DNA from: Candidatus Sericytochromatia bacterium
Lineage (GTDB): Bacteria; Cyanobacteriota; Sericytochromatia; S15B-MN24; VGJW01
DNA: 64,000 nucleotides
Assembly: GCA_035285865.1 (NCBI GenBank)
Contig: JAYKHS010000024.1
Coordinates: forward strand, 37,030-101,029
Direction: 5' to 3'
The notes below the pieces were generated by a model. That model was not told the DNA's origin and searched no databases. It saw nothing but the letters and a program-made list of their open reading frames with translations. Of the stretch, positions 1-8,229 are shown in pieces. Both the position numbers and the translations under genes were made by a program. Each line of letters starts with the position of its first letter. The stretch's first letter is position 1.

Positions 1-307
1 CGGCCTCGACCCACTCCACGGCCGGATCACGCCGCAGGTCATCAGCTGAAGCCCGCCCACCCGGCTCCGGCACGAGGCGAACCATGCCAAGGCCGATGGC
101 GCGGTCTACGGCGAAACCGTGGCGCTGGGCCACGAGTCCCGGGTCCACGCGGGCCGACAGCCGGGCCAGCACCGTGCCCGGGACGATGGCCATGGCGGTC
201 ATGGCTCCGACGGTCGCCCCTGGGGGCCGCATGGGACCTGCAGCACAAGCCACCAGCAGACCCGCCAGCACGACCACGCACGCACGGCCAATCCCACGCA
301 TCTCCAT
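1..307 (-). CDS. Lipoprotein, probably the N-terminus/prodomain of an S8 (subtilisin-like) peptidase; partial, runs off the window edge
   Basis: Not in the ORF track. Hand translation from ATG at 307: MEMRGIGRACVVVLAGLLVAC (lipobox)...VPGTVLARL...LRRDPAVEWVEA, resembling subtilase prodomains. TGATG overlap with the upstream PPC gene. Confidence 0.6.
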   Translation of the reverse strand, partial: MEMRGIGRACVVVLAGLLVACAAGPMRPPGATVGAMTAMAIVPGTVLARLSARVDPGLVAQRHGFAVDRAIGLGMVRLVPEPGGRASADDLRRDPAVEWVEA

Positions 308-720
308 CAAACGCCCTGCTCCCGAGTCATCACCAATTCATCGTAGCCCGATCGCGGATCGAACGTGCGGGCGAACCGGATATCCGTGAGGATGCCCACG
401 ACCACCTCGGCCGTCGTGTGCACCGCAGAACCCTCGAGCAGGTGCCCCCCCCACAACTGGCCATCGGCATCGGCGAGGGCTATGTGCAGATGCCCACCCC
501 CTGCCTCCAGCGTGCCGACGAGGGACACGATCTCGAAGGGCCCCTCACGACGCGTGCCCGTCTCGGCCGTCACATGCCGCAAGGTGGCGTGACGCAGGCT
601 GCCGACGCAGGTCGCGACAAAAGCCGCAGGCCACGCCCGGGCACGCGCCATCAGGGCCACACGCAGATCCTCACCGGGGACCAACCGGAAGGCCTCGAAA
701 ACCGCTCCCCCGGCCGTCAC
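307..720 (-). CDS. PPC domain (DUF296) protein
   Basis: Motifs RLVPGEDL, CVGSL, FEIVSLVGTL, HLHIALAD..G..WGGHL, TTAEV. GTGA overlap with pirin. Confidence 0.9.
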   Translation of the reverse strand: MTAGGAVFEAFRLVPGEDLRVALMARARAWPAAFVATCVGSLRHATLRHVTAETGTRREGPFEIVSLVGTLEAGGGHLHIALADADGQLWGGHLLEGSAVHTTAEVVVGILTDIRFARTFDPRSGYDELVMTREQGV

Positions 721-1466
721 GGCAGGTCGAACCAGAGCGCCTCCGCGCCGGCGTCACCCGCCACGACAGACGCCTGCTCCGGTCCCTCGAAACCCAGGGC
801 ATCCCCCGCCTCGAGGACCATGTCGCCCACGGTCGCCGTTCCCAGCGCCAGATGCAGGTAGCCCCCGCGCCCCTCGGCAACCTTGACGACGCGCGCATCA
901 CCGGCCGCCATGCGGGTCGCACAGAGGCGCGCATCCTGCCGCAGGGGAATCACGCCCTCGGCCAGAGGGGCCGCCACAGTTGGCGACGCTCCGGGCTCGG
1001 GAACCACCTCGGGATCAGGACCCGCCAGTTGCACCCAGCCGGCCGCGAGTTCCTCGGGGCCGGCATCCCGCTGGCCATAGCGCGGCGGCAGGCCACCGCG
1101 CGCCGGCAGAATCCAGACCTGCAGGAGGTGTAGCGGCTCTTGCGCATCCGGATTGACCTCCGAATGGTAGACGCCGGTGCCGGCGCTCATGTACTGCACC
1201 CCACCCGAGGACACCCGGCCACCATGACCCATGCTGTCCTGATGTTGCAGGTGCCCGGACAGCACCCAGGTCAGGATTTCCATGTCACGGTGCGGATGCG
1301 TCCCGAAGCCTGTGTCGGGGGCGATGACGTCGTCGTTGAGCACCCGCAAGGCGGAGAACTGAACGCGATCCGGGTCATGCCATTCGGCAAAGGAAAAGCT
1401 GTGGTGGGTCTGCAGCCAGCCGTGGTCGAAATGGCCTCGGTCGGTGCCCGGAAACGGGATCAACAT
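717..1466 (-). CDS. Pirin family protein (YhhW-like)
   Basis: HGWLQTHHSFSF, LRVLNDD, GFGTHPHRDMEI, MSAGTGVYHSE cupin metal-binding motifs. Confidence 0.95.
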   Translation of the reverse strand: MLIPFPGTDRGHFDHGWLQTHHSFSFAEWHDPDRVQFSALRVLNDDVIAPDTGFGTHPHRDMEILTWVLSGHLQHQDSMGHGGRVSSGGVQYMSAGTGVYHSEVNPDAQEPLHLLQVWILPARGGLPPRYGQRDAGPEELAAGWVQLAGPDPEVVPEPGASPTVAAPLAEGVIPLRQDARLCATRMAAGDARVVKVAEGRGGYLHLALGTATVGDMVLEAGDALGFEGPEQASVVAGDAGAEALWFDLP

Positions 1467-1500
1467 CCCCTTATCCTAGCACCGGCCGAGCGCTGCCGAA

Positions 1501-3120
1501 TCAGCCCTTGGAGGGAATCTCTGCCGACGGCTTCCCGTTGACGGCAGCCCGGACCTCGTTGCGCGTCCGCTCGATGGCATCATTCGCCGCCTTGACGGTA
1601 GCGTTGACCTTGCGGTCGACGTTCTCGATCCCCTGCTGCGTCCTCTCGTTGGCCTTGAGCATCTTGCCGAGGTCCACCCCGAGCCCGGTGACCTGCGTGG
1701 CCGCACCACCCAGATCGTTGGCACGTGCCGACTTGCGGACGCCCTGGGTCTGGGCAGCCACGCTGCCGACGTCCCGGGTCACGTTCTTGAACTTGTCCCC
1801 GGCACCCACCATGCCCCCGGCCGAGTTCAGCAGGTTGGCAGCGGCCTCGGCAGTGGCCAGACCATCCTTGGCCTTGGCCGCGGTCCGGACGTTGGTGGCC
1901 TTGTCGGCGAGGGTCCCGACATCCGCAGTGACCTTGTCGAACTTGTCGCCAGCCTTCAGTACGCCGCCCGCGGTGTTCAGGAAACCCGCCGCAGCCCCGG
2001 CAATGCCAAGCCCGTCCTTGGACTTCACCGCGTCGGCCAGCCCTTGGCCACCGGCGCTGACTTTCTCGATATCCTGAAGGGTCTTGACCAGCCCCTTGTT
2101 CTTGTCCCCGTCCACGGCTCCGGCAACTGTCCCGGCAGCTGTCGCGAGAGCATCACCCCAGCGCTTGTTGGCGAGGGCGTCGGCGAACTTCGCCGCACTC
2201 TGACCGTACTTTTCGAGGTTCTTGGCGAGCGCCTCGGACCCGACCTTGGCCGTACCCATCGCCGACCCCGCGAAGGATGCCGCGGCGCCGACAAGCGCCG
2301 AAGGAGTGCCGGTCTTGACGGCCTCCATCACGGCCATGCCCTTGCCCAATGTGTTCGCGACCTTGCCTGCGACCTTGGCGGCCGCCACCACGCCATCGCT
2401 GAACATCTTTGCGCCGCCAGCCGCCACGCCACCCGCGAAGGCGGAGGCCACCCCGATGGCGCCCTGAAGGGCCGCCTTCCAATCGCCCTTGGCAATGCCC
2501 TTGACCATCTGCACGCCGCTCTGGGCGCCCTGGACAGCCATCAGAGCGACGCCCAGCGGTTGCAAGCCGGGCACCACCATCGCGGCGATGGAGGCAACCG
2601 TCATGAGGATGGGCGCGATCTTCTTGATGGCGCTCACGGCCTTCTTGATGGCGCCGCCAACAGCCTTGGCCGCGCTCTTGAAGAAGTTGCCAATCTTGCT
2701 GAAGAATCCCCGCTTCTTTTTCTTCTTCGGGGGTGGCGCAGCGGCGGCCAGATCCTTCTTGCCCTCGGCTTCCTCGGCCTTGGCCTTGGCGAAGTCGACC
2801 ACGCCCTCGATGGTCCCCATGCTGCTGGGTCGAGGCGAAGGGGACGCCGCCTTCACCTCGGGGAGGGAGGGCAAGGCCATGGCGGTTCCGGGACGCGGCG
2901 CTTCGTCGAGTGCGATGCCGGAAGCCGAGCCACCCTTGCCGGAGCGCGCATCCTTGTCACCCTTCAGACGCAGGTCGGGCAGTTCGGCACTGCCACCGAG
3001 ATCATTCTCGAGACGGGGCAGCGGGCGAGACTCCCGGCCCGGAGCGTCGAAGCCCGGAACCGCGACGCCGCCCGAACCCAGAGGCCGGGTCTGGTTCGCC
3101 GCATTGCGGATCTGAGACAT
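1501..3120 (-). CDS. Ala/Gly/Lys-rich helical-repeat protein, translocator/pore-former-like (hypothetical)
   Basis: Start moved to ATG 3120 (MSQIRN), which has a GGGGG SD-like run upstream. Disordered N-terminus, KKKKKRGFFSKIGNFFK amphipathic helix, hydrophobic hairpin, ~50-aa C-terminal repeats. Confidence 0.75.
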   Translation of the reverse strand: MSQIRNAANQTRPLGSGGVAVPGFDAPGRESRPLPRLENDLGGSAELPDLRLKGDKDARSGKGGSASGIALDEAPRPGTAMALPSLPEVKAASPSPRPSSMGTIEGVVDFAKAKAEEAEGKKDLAAAAPPPKKKKKRGFFSKIGNFFKSAAKAVGGAIKKAVSAIKKIAPILMTVASIAAMVVPGLQPLGVALMAVQGAQSGVQMVKGIAKGDWKAALQGAIGVASAFAGGVAAGGAKMFSDGVVAAAKVAGKVANTLGKGMAVMEAVKTGTPSALVGAAASFAGSAMGTAKVGSEALAKNLEKYGQSAAKFADALANKRWGDALATAAGTVAGAVDGDKNKGLVKTLQDIEKVSAGGQGLADAVKSKDGLGIAGAAAGFLNTAGGVLKAGDKFDKVTADVGTLADKATNVRTAAKAKDGLATAEAAANLLNSAGGMVGAGDKFKNVTRDVGSVAAQTQGVRKSARANDLGGAATQVTGLGVDLGKMLKANERTQQGIENVDRKVNATVKAANDAIERTRNEVRAAVNGKPSAEIPSKG

Positions 3121-3146
3121 GAGACATCCCCCTGCATGTCTCATGT
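3117..3146 (-). promoter_or_regulatory. Perfect 11-bp hairpin covering the start codon, with the SD-like run in the loop
   Basis: mRNA ACATGAGACAT-GCAGGGGG-ATGTCTCATGT; arms 3146-3136 and 3127-3117; ATG 3120-3118 lies in the 3' arm. Confidence 0.65.
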
Positions 3147-3266
3147 GAGCCGGGACGCGTCTTTCCAGACCGGATAGAACAGGCATTTCACGGAGTCCTA
3201 AGACGCCTTGACCCCGAGTGAACGAGCATTGCAAGACGCCCCGGGAGGCAGCACGCTGAGGCCCTT

Positions 3267-3962
3267 ATGGAACCCCAGAAGCGCCAGCCGACCGAGGCCC
3301 TGCTCGGACCGGGCACCCGCCAACTTCGCCCTGCCGGAGCCGTATGCCTCGAGACCCGCACGCACGGAGCGGGTCCCGGTGGGCAGAGCGGGCTGCTGGT
3401 CCTGACGACCGAACCGGATCCGCGGGCGTGGCCCGGGCCCGTGGGCCTGGCCGCAAGACTGTCGGAGGCGGGCCTCGCCGGGACGCCGCAAGTCAGCATC
3501 TGTCTGCTGACACCCGAGGAACGAAGCCGTCAGCGCCACACCCATGCGCTTGGTCAGGACGTCCACCTGCTGTCCGTTCGCCTCGGCCACATGCTGCACG
3601 ACATGCAGGACGACCCCATGCTGGCTGGTCGCACCTGGGCCATCCTGTGCACCGGACATGTCACCGCAGCCGCCCTCGTCTGCGCCGCCGCCCTTCCGGG
3701 CCGGATTCAGGCAGTGCTCTCATGGCAGGGGCGGCCGGATCTGGCCGGTGCCGCCTTGCAGACCATCGACTGCCCGGTCCTGCTGACGGTCGCGGACGAG
3801 GATACACCGCTCGTGGACCTCAACCGGCGGGCGCAACGCCGCCTGCCCGGCCGATGCGACCTCGTCCGAATCCTCGCCGGACCCGACCGCGACGTGACCC
3901 TCGCCGGCGTGATGGGCGCCTGGCTGACGAATCGCTCAAGCCACTTCGGGCGGGCGGCCTGA
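3267..3962 (+). CDS. Degenerate dienelactone-hydrolase-like alpha/beta hydrolase
   Basis: AAALVCAA, AVLSWQGRPDLAG, PVLLTV..ED..VDLNRRA match the PRTase-associated DLH family. The GxSxG nucleophile elbow and C-terminal catalytic His are not recognisable. Confidence 0.7.
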   Translation: MEPQKRQPTEALLGPGTRQLRPAGAVCLETRTHGAGPGGQSGLLVLTTEPDPRAWPGPVGLAARLSEAGLAGTPQVSICLLTPEERSRQRHTHALGQDVHLLSVRLGHMLHDMQDDPMLAGRTWAILCTGHVTAAALVCAAALPGRIQAVLSWQGRPDLAGAALQTIDCPVLLTVADEDTPLVDLNRRAQRRLPGRCDLVRILAGPDRDVTLAGVMGAWLTNRSSHFGRAA

Positions 3963-4622
3963 AGGATTCGCCGGGCCTTCGGCAAGTGCCTTGCCGAGAA
4001 CGGCCAGGACCTCCAAGTCCGTGACTTCGGGAAAATCCGCATAGGCCATGCCCACGGCCCACAGCCACCCGGGCTGCTCGGCAACCCATAGGGCATCGGC
4101 ATGCGCCTCAAGTACGGACACCGTTTCGGGCGGCGCCACGGGCAACGCGACCATGACGGCGGCCGCCCCCTCCTTGCGCAGGCTTTCGATAAGGGCGATC
4201 AGGCTCGCACCCGTAGCTGCCCCGTCATCGATGAGCAGGATTCGCCTCCCTGCGGCAGGGATCCGCTGCAGAACAGTCCGGTACAGGGCCTCCCGCTCGC
4301 GCGCCTCGCGGGCAAGCGCATCGGCCAGCACCGTGCGCTTCTCCTCGGAGGGCAAAGGTCCGGCCTCCTCCAACCACCGGACCGTCCCGTCGGGCAAGAC
4401 GGCTCCCAGAGCACGCTCGGGCTGCCCCGGGGCACCGAACTTGCGGACGATGCGCACGTCCAGTGGCAGACCGAGCGCAGCAGCCACCGGGCGCGCCACC
4501 AGCACACCGCCTCGCGCGACACCGACCACCAGATCGAGGATCCCGAACCGTCCGGGGACAGCCCTGGCCAGACGCTGACCGGCGTCCTCACGGTTGCTGT
4601 AGCACGCCTCGGGAACCGCCAT
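3936..4622 (-). CDS. Type I phosphoribosyltransferase family protein
   Basis: NREDAGQRLA, GVARGGV, VRKFGAPGQPERALGAV, PRPP loop LLIDDGAATGAS, VALPVAP. ATG 4622 with GGAGG SD. Confidence 0.9.
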   Translation of the reverse strand: MAVPEACYSNREDAGQRLARAVPGRFGILDLVVGVARGGVLVARPVAAALGLPLDVRIVRKFGAPGQPERALGAVLPDGTVRWLEEAGPLPSEEKRTVLADALAREAREREALYRTVLQRIPAAGRRILLIDDGAATGASLIALIESLRKEGAAAVMVALPVAPPETVSVLEAHADALWVAEQPGWLWAVGMAYADFPEVTDLEVLAVLGKALAEGPANPSGRPPEVA

Positions 4623-4718
4623 GGCTTCGTCCTCCCTGCCCGGACAGGCTGGCCCGCTCGGGTCCGGACCGCACCGGCCGAACGAGACAAACGAATCCGG
4701 CAAGGGCATGTTGAGGAG

Positions 4719-6320
4719 GTGGGCACGCACGCTGGGGCCAATGGCACGCTCGACTGGGACGAGGCACGCGGTTGCCTCACGGTGGCGATCAAGGGACCGG
4801 ATTTCCACAAGGTGCTGTCGACCGTGAAGGGTCTGCCGAGCAGCGCATTCGACAGCGGCCGCAAGGTCTGGACCCTGCCGGCGGGCCAAGTGGACATCTA
4901 CCTCGAGGTCCTCGAACCCCTGGGCGTCGGCATCAGTCCGAAGCTCCGCGGCTGGCTGGAACGGCGCACGACCGACAACCCCGCCGGGCCCGGGCGCGCA
5001 CGGCCGGAGAGAGCGATTGCGGCAGAACGGCCTGCGGTCCCCGAAGCCAGACCAGTCGCAGAACAAGCCGAGACTGGCCAGGTCACGACTGGCGACCTGA
5101 CGGTGGCCGATGTGCTTGGACGCGCACGTGCAGCCATCGCGGCGGCCTTTGGCAGCCGGAACTTCTGGGTGACGGCCATCGTGCGGGAATGGAAGTCCCA
5201 TCCAGCCACGCGCCACATCTTCATCAAGCTGGTCGACGATCCCGCCAGCAGCGGTGGCGACGAGCTGTCGGCGGTCATCTGGGCCAACCGGGTGCCCGCG
5301 ATTCGCAAGGCTTACGCCGACCGCGACATCGTCATCGCCCGCGACGACAGGGTGCGCCTGAAATGTTCGGTCACCCTCTCCCGAGGTCAACTCTCGCTGG
5401 TGGTCGAAGAGGTCGACCCTGCGGCAACGGAGTCGGGCGATCGAATACGCGAGATGCGCCTGCGCATGCTGCAAGAGCGCGGCCTCGCCGATCGGAACAA
5501 GGTGCTGCGCCTCCCCGCCCTGCCCTTGGTCGTCGGAATCGTTTCTTCAAGGGGTGCCGACGGCTACGAAGACTTCACCAAGGTCCTCCGGGATTCAGGC
5601 CTGCCGTTCACATTGATTCTGCACCAGGCAGCGGTTCAAGGCGAGAACGCGGAAATCGAAGTGCCCGTGGCTATCCGAGCACTGGGGCAGGCCGCAGTGG
5701 ATGTCGTGGTCGTCATTCGCGGGGGCGGCAGCCCGACGCAACTCTCGTGCTTCAACGCAATCGCGATCGGTGAAGCCATCGCCCTCTGCCCCATACCTGT
5801 CCTGACCGGCATCGGGCACGAGCCCGACCTCCACCTGGCCGACCTGGTCGCGGCCAAGGCCTGCAAGACGCCGACAGATGCGGCCAACCAGCTGGTCCAG
5901 ACCGTTGAAAAAACGACGAGGGTGGTGGTGACACGGGCACGGCAGCGACTCACGCGCGCCCGCGAGCTGGCGCAACAGCATCGGCATCAGACACAACAGG
6001 TCCGCCAGCGCCTGGCCTTCGCACTCAGCCGCATCATCGACAGGCAGCGGCAGCGCCTCGACGGCCTGCGCCCTGCATCGGCCCTGAAGCATCTGCTGGA
6101 ACGCGAACACACCCGCCTCGAGGCCCTGGCAGCACGGCAGAAGAGTGCGGACCCCGACCGCCCCCTGCGCCTCGGTTATGTGCGCATCCTGACCTCGGAC
6201 GGCAGACCCGCAGGACGCGTCGCCCGGCTGCATACCGATCAAGCCGTGGTGCTGCAACTGACGGACGGTCGCGCCGAAGCCCGCATTACCCGAACCATCC
6301 CGGATGGAGAGCTACCGTGA
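4719..6320 (+). CDS. xseA: Exodeoxyribonuclease VII large subunit with extra N-terminal HARP-like domain
   Basis: OB-fold (FWVTAIVREW..HIFIKLVD), GADGYEDF, VQGE, IRGGGS, TGIGHEPD, TPTDAA, C-terminal PLRLGY. Start (GTG 4719) is tentative. Confidence 0.92.
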   Translation: MGTHAGANGTLDWDEARGCLTVAIKGPDFHKVLSTVKGLPSSAFDSGRKVWTLPAGQVDIYLEVLEPLGVGISPKLRGWLERRTTDNPAGPGRARPERAIAAERPAVPEARPVAEQAETGQVTTGDLTVADVLGRARAAIAAAFGSRNFWVTAIVREWKSHPATRHIFIKLVDDPASSGGDELSAVIWANRVPAIRKAYADRDIVIARDDRVRLKCSVTLSRGQLSLVVEEVDPAATESGDRIREMRLRMLQERGLADRNKVLRLPALPLVVGIVSSRGADGYEDFTKVLRDSGLPFTLILHQAAVQGENAEIEVPVAIRALGQAAVDVVVVIRGGGSPTQLSCFNAIAIGEAIALCPIPVLTGIGHEPDLHLADLVAAKACKTPTDAANQLVQTVEKTTRVVVTRARQRLTRARELAQQHRHQTQQVRQRLAFALSRIIDRQRQRLDGLRPASALKHLLEREHTRLEALAARQKSADPDRPLRLGYVRILTSDGRPAGRVARLHTDQAVVLQLTDGRAEARITRTIPDGELP

Positions 6321-6550
6321 CGAATCCCTCGGAATCCCTTGCTTACAAGGAAGCACTCAACGAACTTCACGAAATCGTGAAAAGCTTGGAGACCGCGCAG
6401 GATCTGGACATCGACACCCTGCCCGCACTCACGGCCAGAGCCGCCGAGTTGCTGGTCTTCTGCCAGAAACGATTGACCGTCGTCGAAACGGAAGTGAGCA
6501 AGGTCCTCGCGACCCTGGAACCCGAAGGAGAGGGCCTCGGCCCGACCTGA
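6317..6550 (+). CDS. xseB: Exodeoxyribonuclease VII small subunit
   Basis: 77 aa, YKEALNELHEIVKSLE...ELLVFCQKRL..VETEV. GTGA overlap with xseA. Confidence 0.93.
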   Translation: MTNPSESLAYKEALNELHEIVKSLETAQDLDIDTLPALTARAAELLVFCQKRLTVVETEVSKVLATLEPEGEGLGPT

Positions 6551-6639
6551 TGGCCGGCTCGAGGGATGAAGTTTCGGGGTGGGAATCCCTCGGGTATGGG
6601 AGCTTCCAGTAGCGTCTCGACCCCAATGAGGAACCCTTC

Positions 6640-8229
6640 GTGGTCAATCCGGCAAACAACCAGTTCGCCCACCGCGGCACCGGTGCCGGCACTGGCAAGC
6701 TGGACCCAGCGAAATCGGCCGACGCCGCCAAGCCCGCGACGAACGACCCTGCCGCCGACCGCGGCACCTCCGGCGGACCAGCCCGAATCTCCCGGCAGGA
6801 CCGCCAGACCTTCGGGGTCCAGGGCAATCGCAGCGCGATGAGGCTCGACGAACGGGCCTTCAAGCGCCTCGATCGCAACGGCGACGGTCAGTTGAGCGGC
6901 ACGGAGATCCGCAAGCAGCAAGAGGGCATGGACCTGAACGGAGACAATTCCGTCTCGAAGGAAGAGTTCATGCTGGCGCGGGGTCAGCGCCGTGCCGAGG
7001 TCCAGATGCAGCAGCTGGATCGCAATCGCGACGGCGTGCTGTCCGGACGCGAGATTCACAGGAGCATAGCGGGTGCCGACGAGAACAAGGACGGCCGCGT
7101 CACCAAGGCGGAACTCGAACGCTTCCACACCCGCAACGTGGACCCGGGCAAACTGTTCGACGGCGTGGACGCCAACAAGGATGGCGCCCTGTCGGGTACC
7201 GAGGCCGAAGGGTTCAAGGACAAGGGTTACGATGCAGACGGCGACGGGCGCATCACCAAACCCGAGTTCCTCGCGGCCCGGGAGCGCGAACGGAAAGAGG
7301 CCCGCTTCGCAGACGCTGATGGCAACAAGGACGGGGTGCTGTCCGGCAATGAAGTCACGGCAGAGCGCAAGGACCTGCTCGACACCGACCGCAACGGCAC
7401 TGTTAGCAAGGAAGAATACATGGCCGGCCCCGAGGATGTGCCGGCCCAAGGGACGGATGGCCCGGGCGCCGGGGTGGATGCCGATGGCAGGCAGGCCGCC
7501 GAACGCCGGGGTGCCGGTGTGGGCCGTGGTCAAGGCAATGACGTCGGGGCTGGCCGTGGGACCGGCGCCGGCCGGGGCAACGGTGCAGGTCGTGCGAACG
7601 GAGCAGCGGGTGGCGGACGCGCGGCAGGCGGTCAGGTCGCCGGTGCCCAGAGAGGCACCAACGAGCGACCGGTAGCCCGTGGAGGAAACCAGGCGGCCCC
7701 GCAGGGGGCTGGCGGTGGCATCGGGAATGGGGTCGGGAACGGTATTGGCGATGGCGTCGGCGATGGCGTCGGCAATGGTGTCGGCGGCGGATTCGGGGAT
7801 GGACGCGAACCTGCGGGAGCCACGGGCGGGCAGGTGACGAATCAGGCCCTCAATCGGGGCCCAGTCGGTGCTGGCGGCGCGGCCCCGGATGGCGGAGTCC
7901 GTCAGGACCTGCCCGGCCAGCCGACCGGCGCTGCAGGCGGTACCGAGGAACGGAACCCCGCCCCCGGAGATGTGGCCACCATTCGGCAGCGTTTCGAGGC
8001 GCTCGACACCAACAAGGATGGCTTCCTCTCCGCCGAGGAGATGGGCGTGGGCGGTTCGACCGGCCTCGACCGGGACAAGGATGCGCGCGTCAGCTTTGAC
8101 GAATTCCAGGCCGACGCGGGCAAGACGGCCGCACCCGCTGAGACCCGGGTGCCGTCCGCCTTCGTCGTGGAGCCTGAGGTGGTGGGCAAGAGGGGCGAAC
8201 CGACCGAGATGGGCTTCAGCCTCATCTGA
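6640..8229 (+). CDS. Multi-EF-hand Ca2+-binding protein with Gly-rich linker
   Basis: Ten DxDxDG-type loops (DRNGDGQLS, DLNGDNSVS, DRNRDGVLS, DENKDGRVT, DANKDGALS, DADGDGRIT, DGNKDGVLS, DTDRNGTVS, DTNKDGFLS, DRDKDARVS). No signal peptide seen. Confidence 0.85.
   Translation: MVNPANNQFAHRGTGAGTGKLDPAKSADAAKPATNDPAADRGTSGGPARISRQDRQTFGVQGNRSAMRLDERAFKRLDRNGDGQLSGTEIRKQQEGMDLNGDNSVSKEEFMLARGQRRAEVQMQQLDRNRDGVLSGREIHRSIAGADENKDGRVTKAELERFHTRNVDPGKLFDGVDANKDGALSGTEAEGFKDKGYDADGDGRITKPEFLAARERERKEARFADADGNKDGVLSGNEVTAERKDLLDTDRNGTVSKEEYMAGPEDVPAQGTDGPGAGVDADGRQAAERRGAGVGRGQGNDVGAGRGTGAGRGNGAGRANGAAGGGRAAGGQVAGAQRGTNERPVARGGNQAAPQGAGGGIGNGVGNGIGDGVGDGVGNGVGGGFGDGREPAGATGGQVTNQALNRGPVGAGGAAPDGGVRQDLPGQPTGAAGGTEERNPAPGDVATIRQRFEALDTNKDGFLSAEEMGVGGSTGLDRDKDARVSFDEFQADAGKTAAPAETRVPSAFVVEPEVVGKRGEPTEMGFSLI
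7711..7803 (+). repeat. Degenerate 12-bp coding tandem repeat (G-[NDG]-G-[VIF] tetrapeptides)
   Basis: GGGIGNGVGNGIGDGVGDGVGNGVGGGFGDG within the EF-hand protein. Confidence 0.75.

Noticed and set aside
3147..3260. Sigma28-type promoter upstream of the translocator-like gene
   Set aside because: Only a weak TCAAG...CCGTGAA resemblance; not supportable.
4101..4718. Extra ~200-aa N-terminal extension of XseA in the ORF track
   Set aside because: It overlaps the antisense PRTase gene; this is open-frame carry-over in GC-rich DNA.
7711..7803. RTX nonapeptide or collagen repeats in the EF-hand protein
   Set aside because: The period is 4 residues (GxGV), not GGxGxDxLx or Gly-X-Y.
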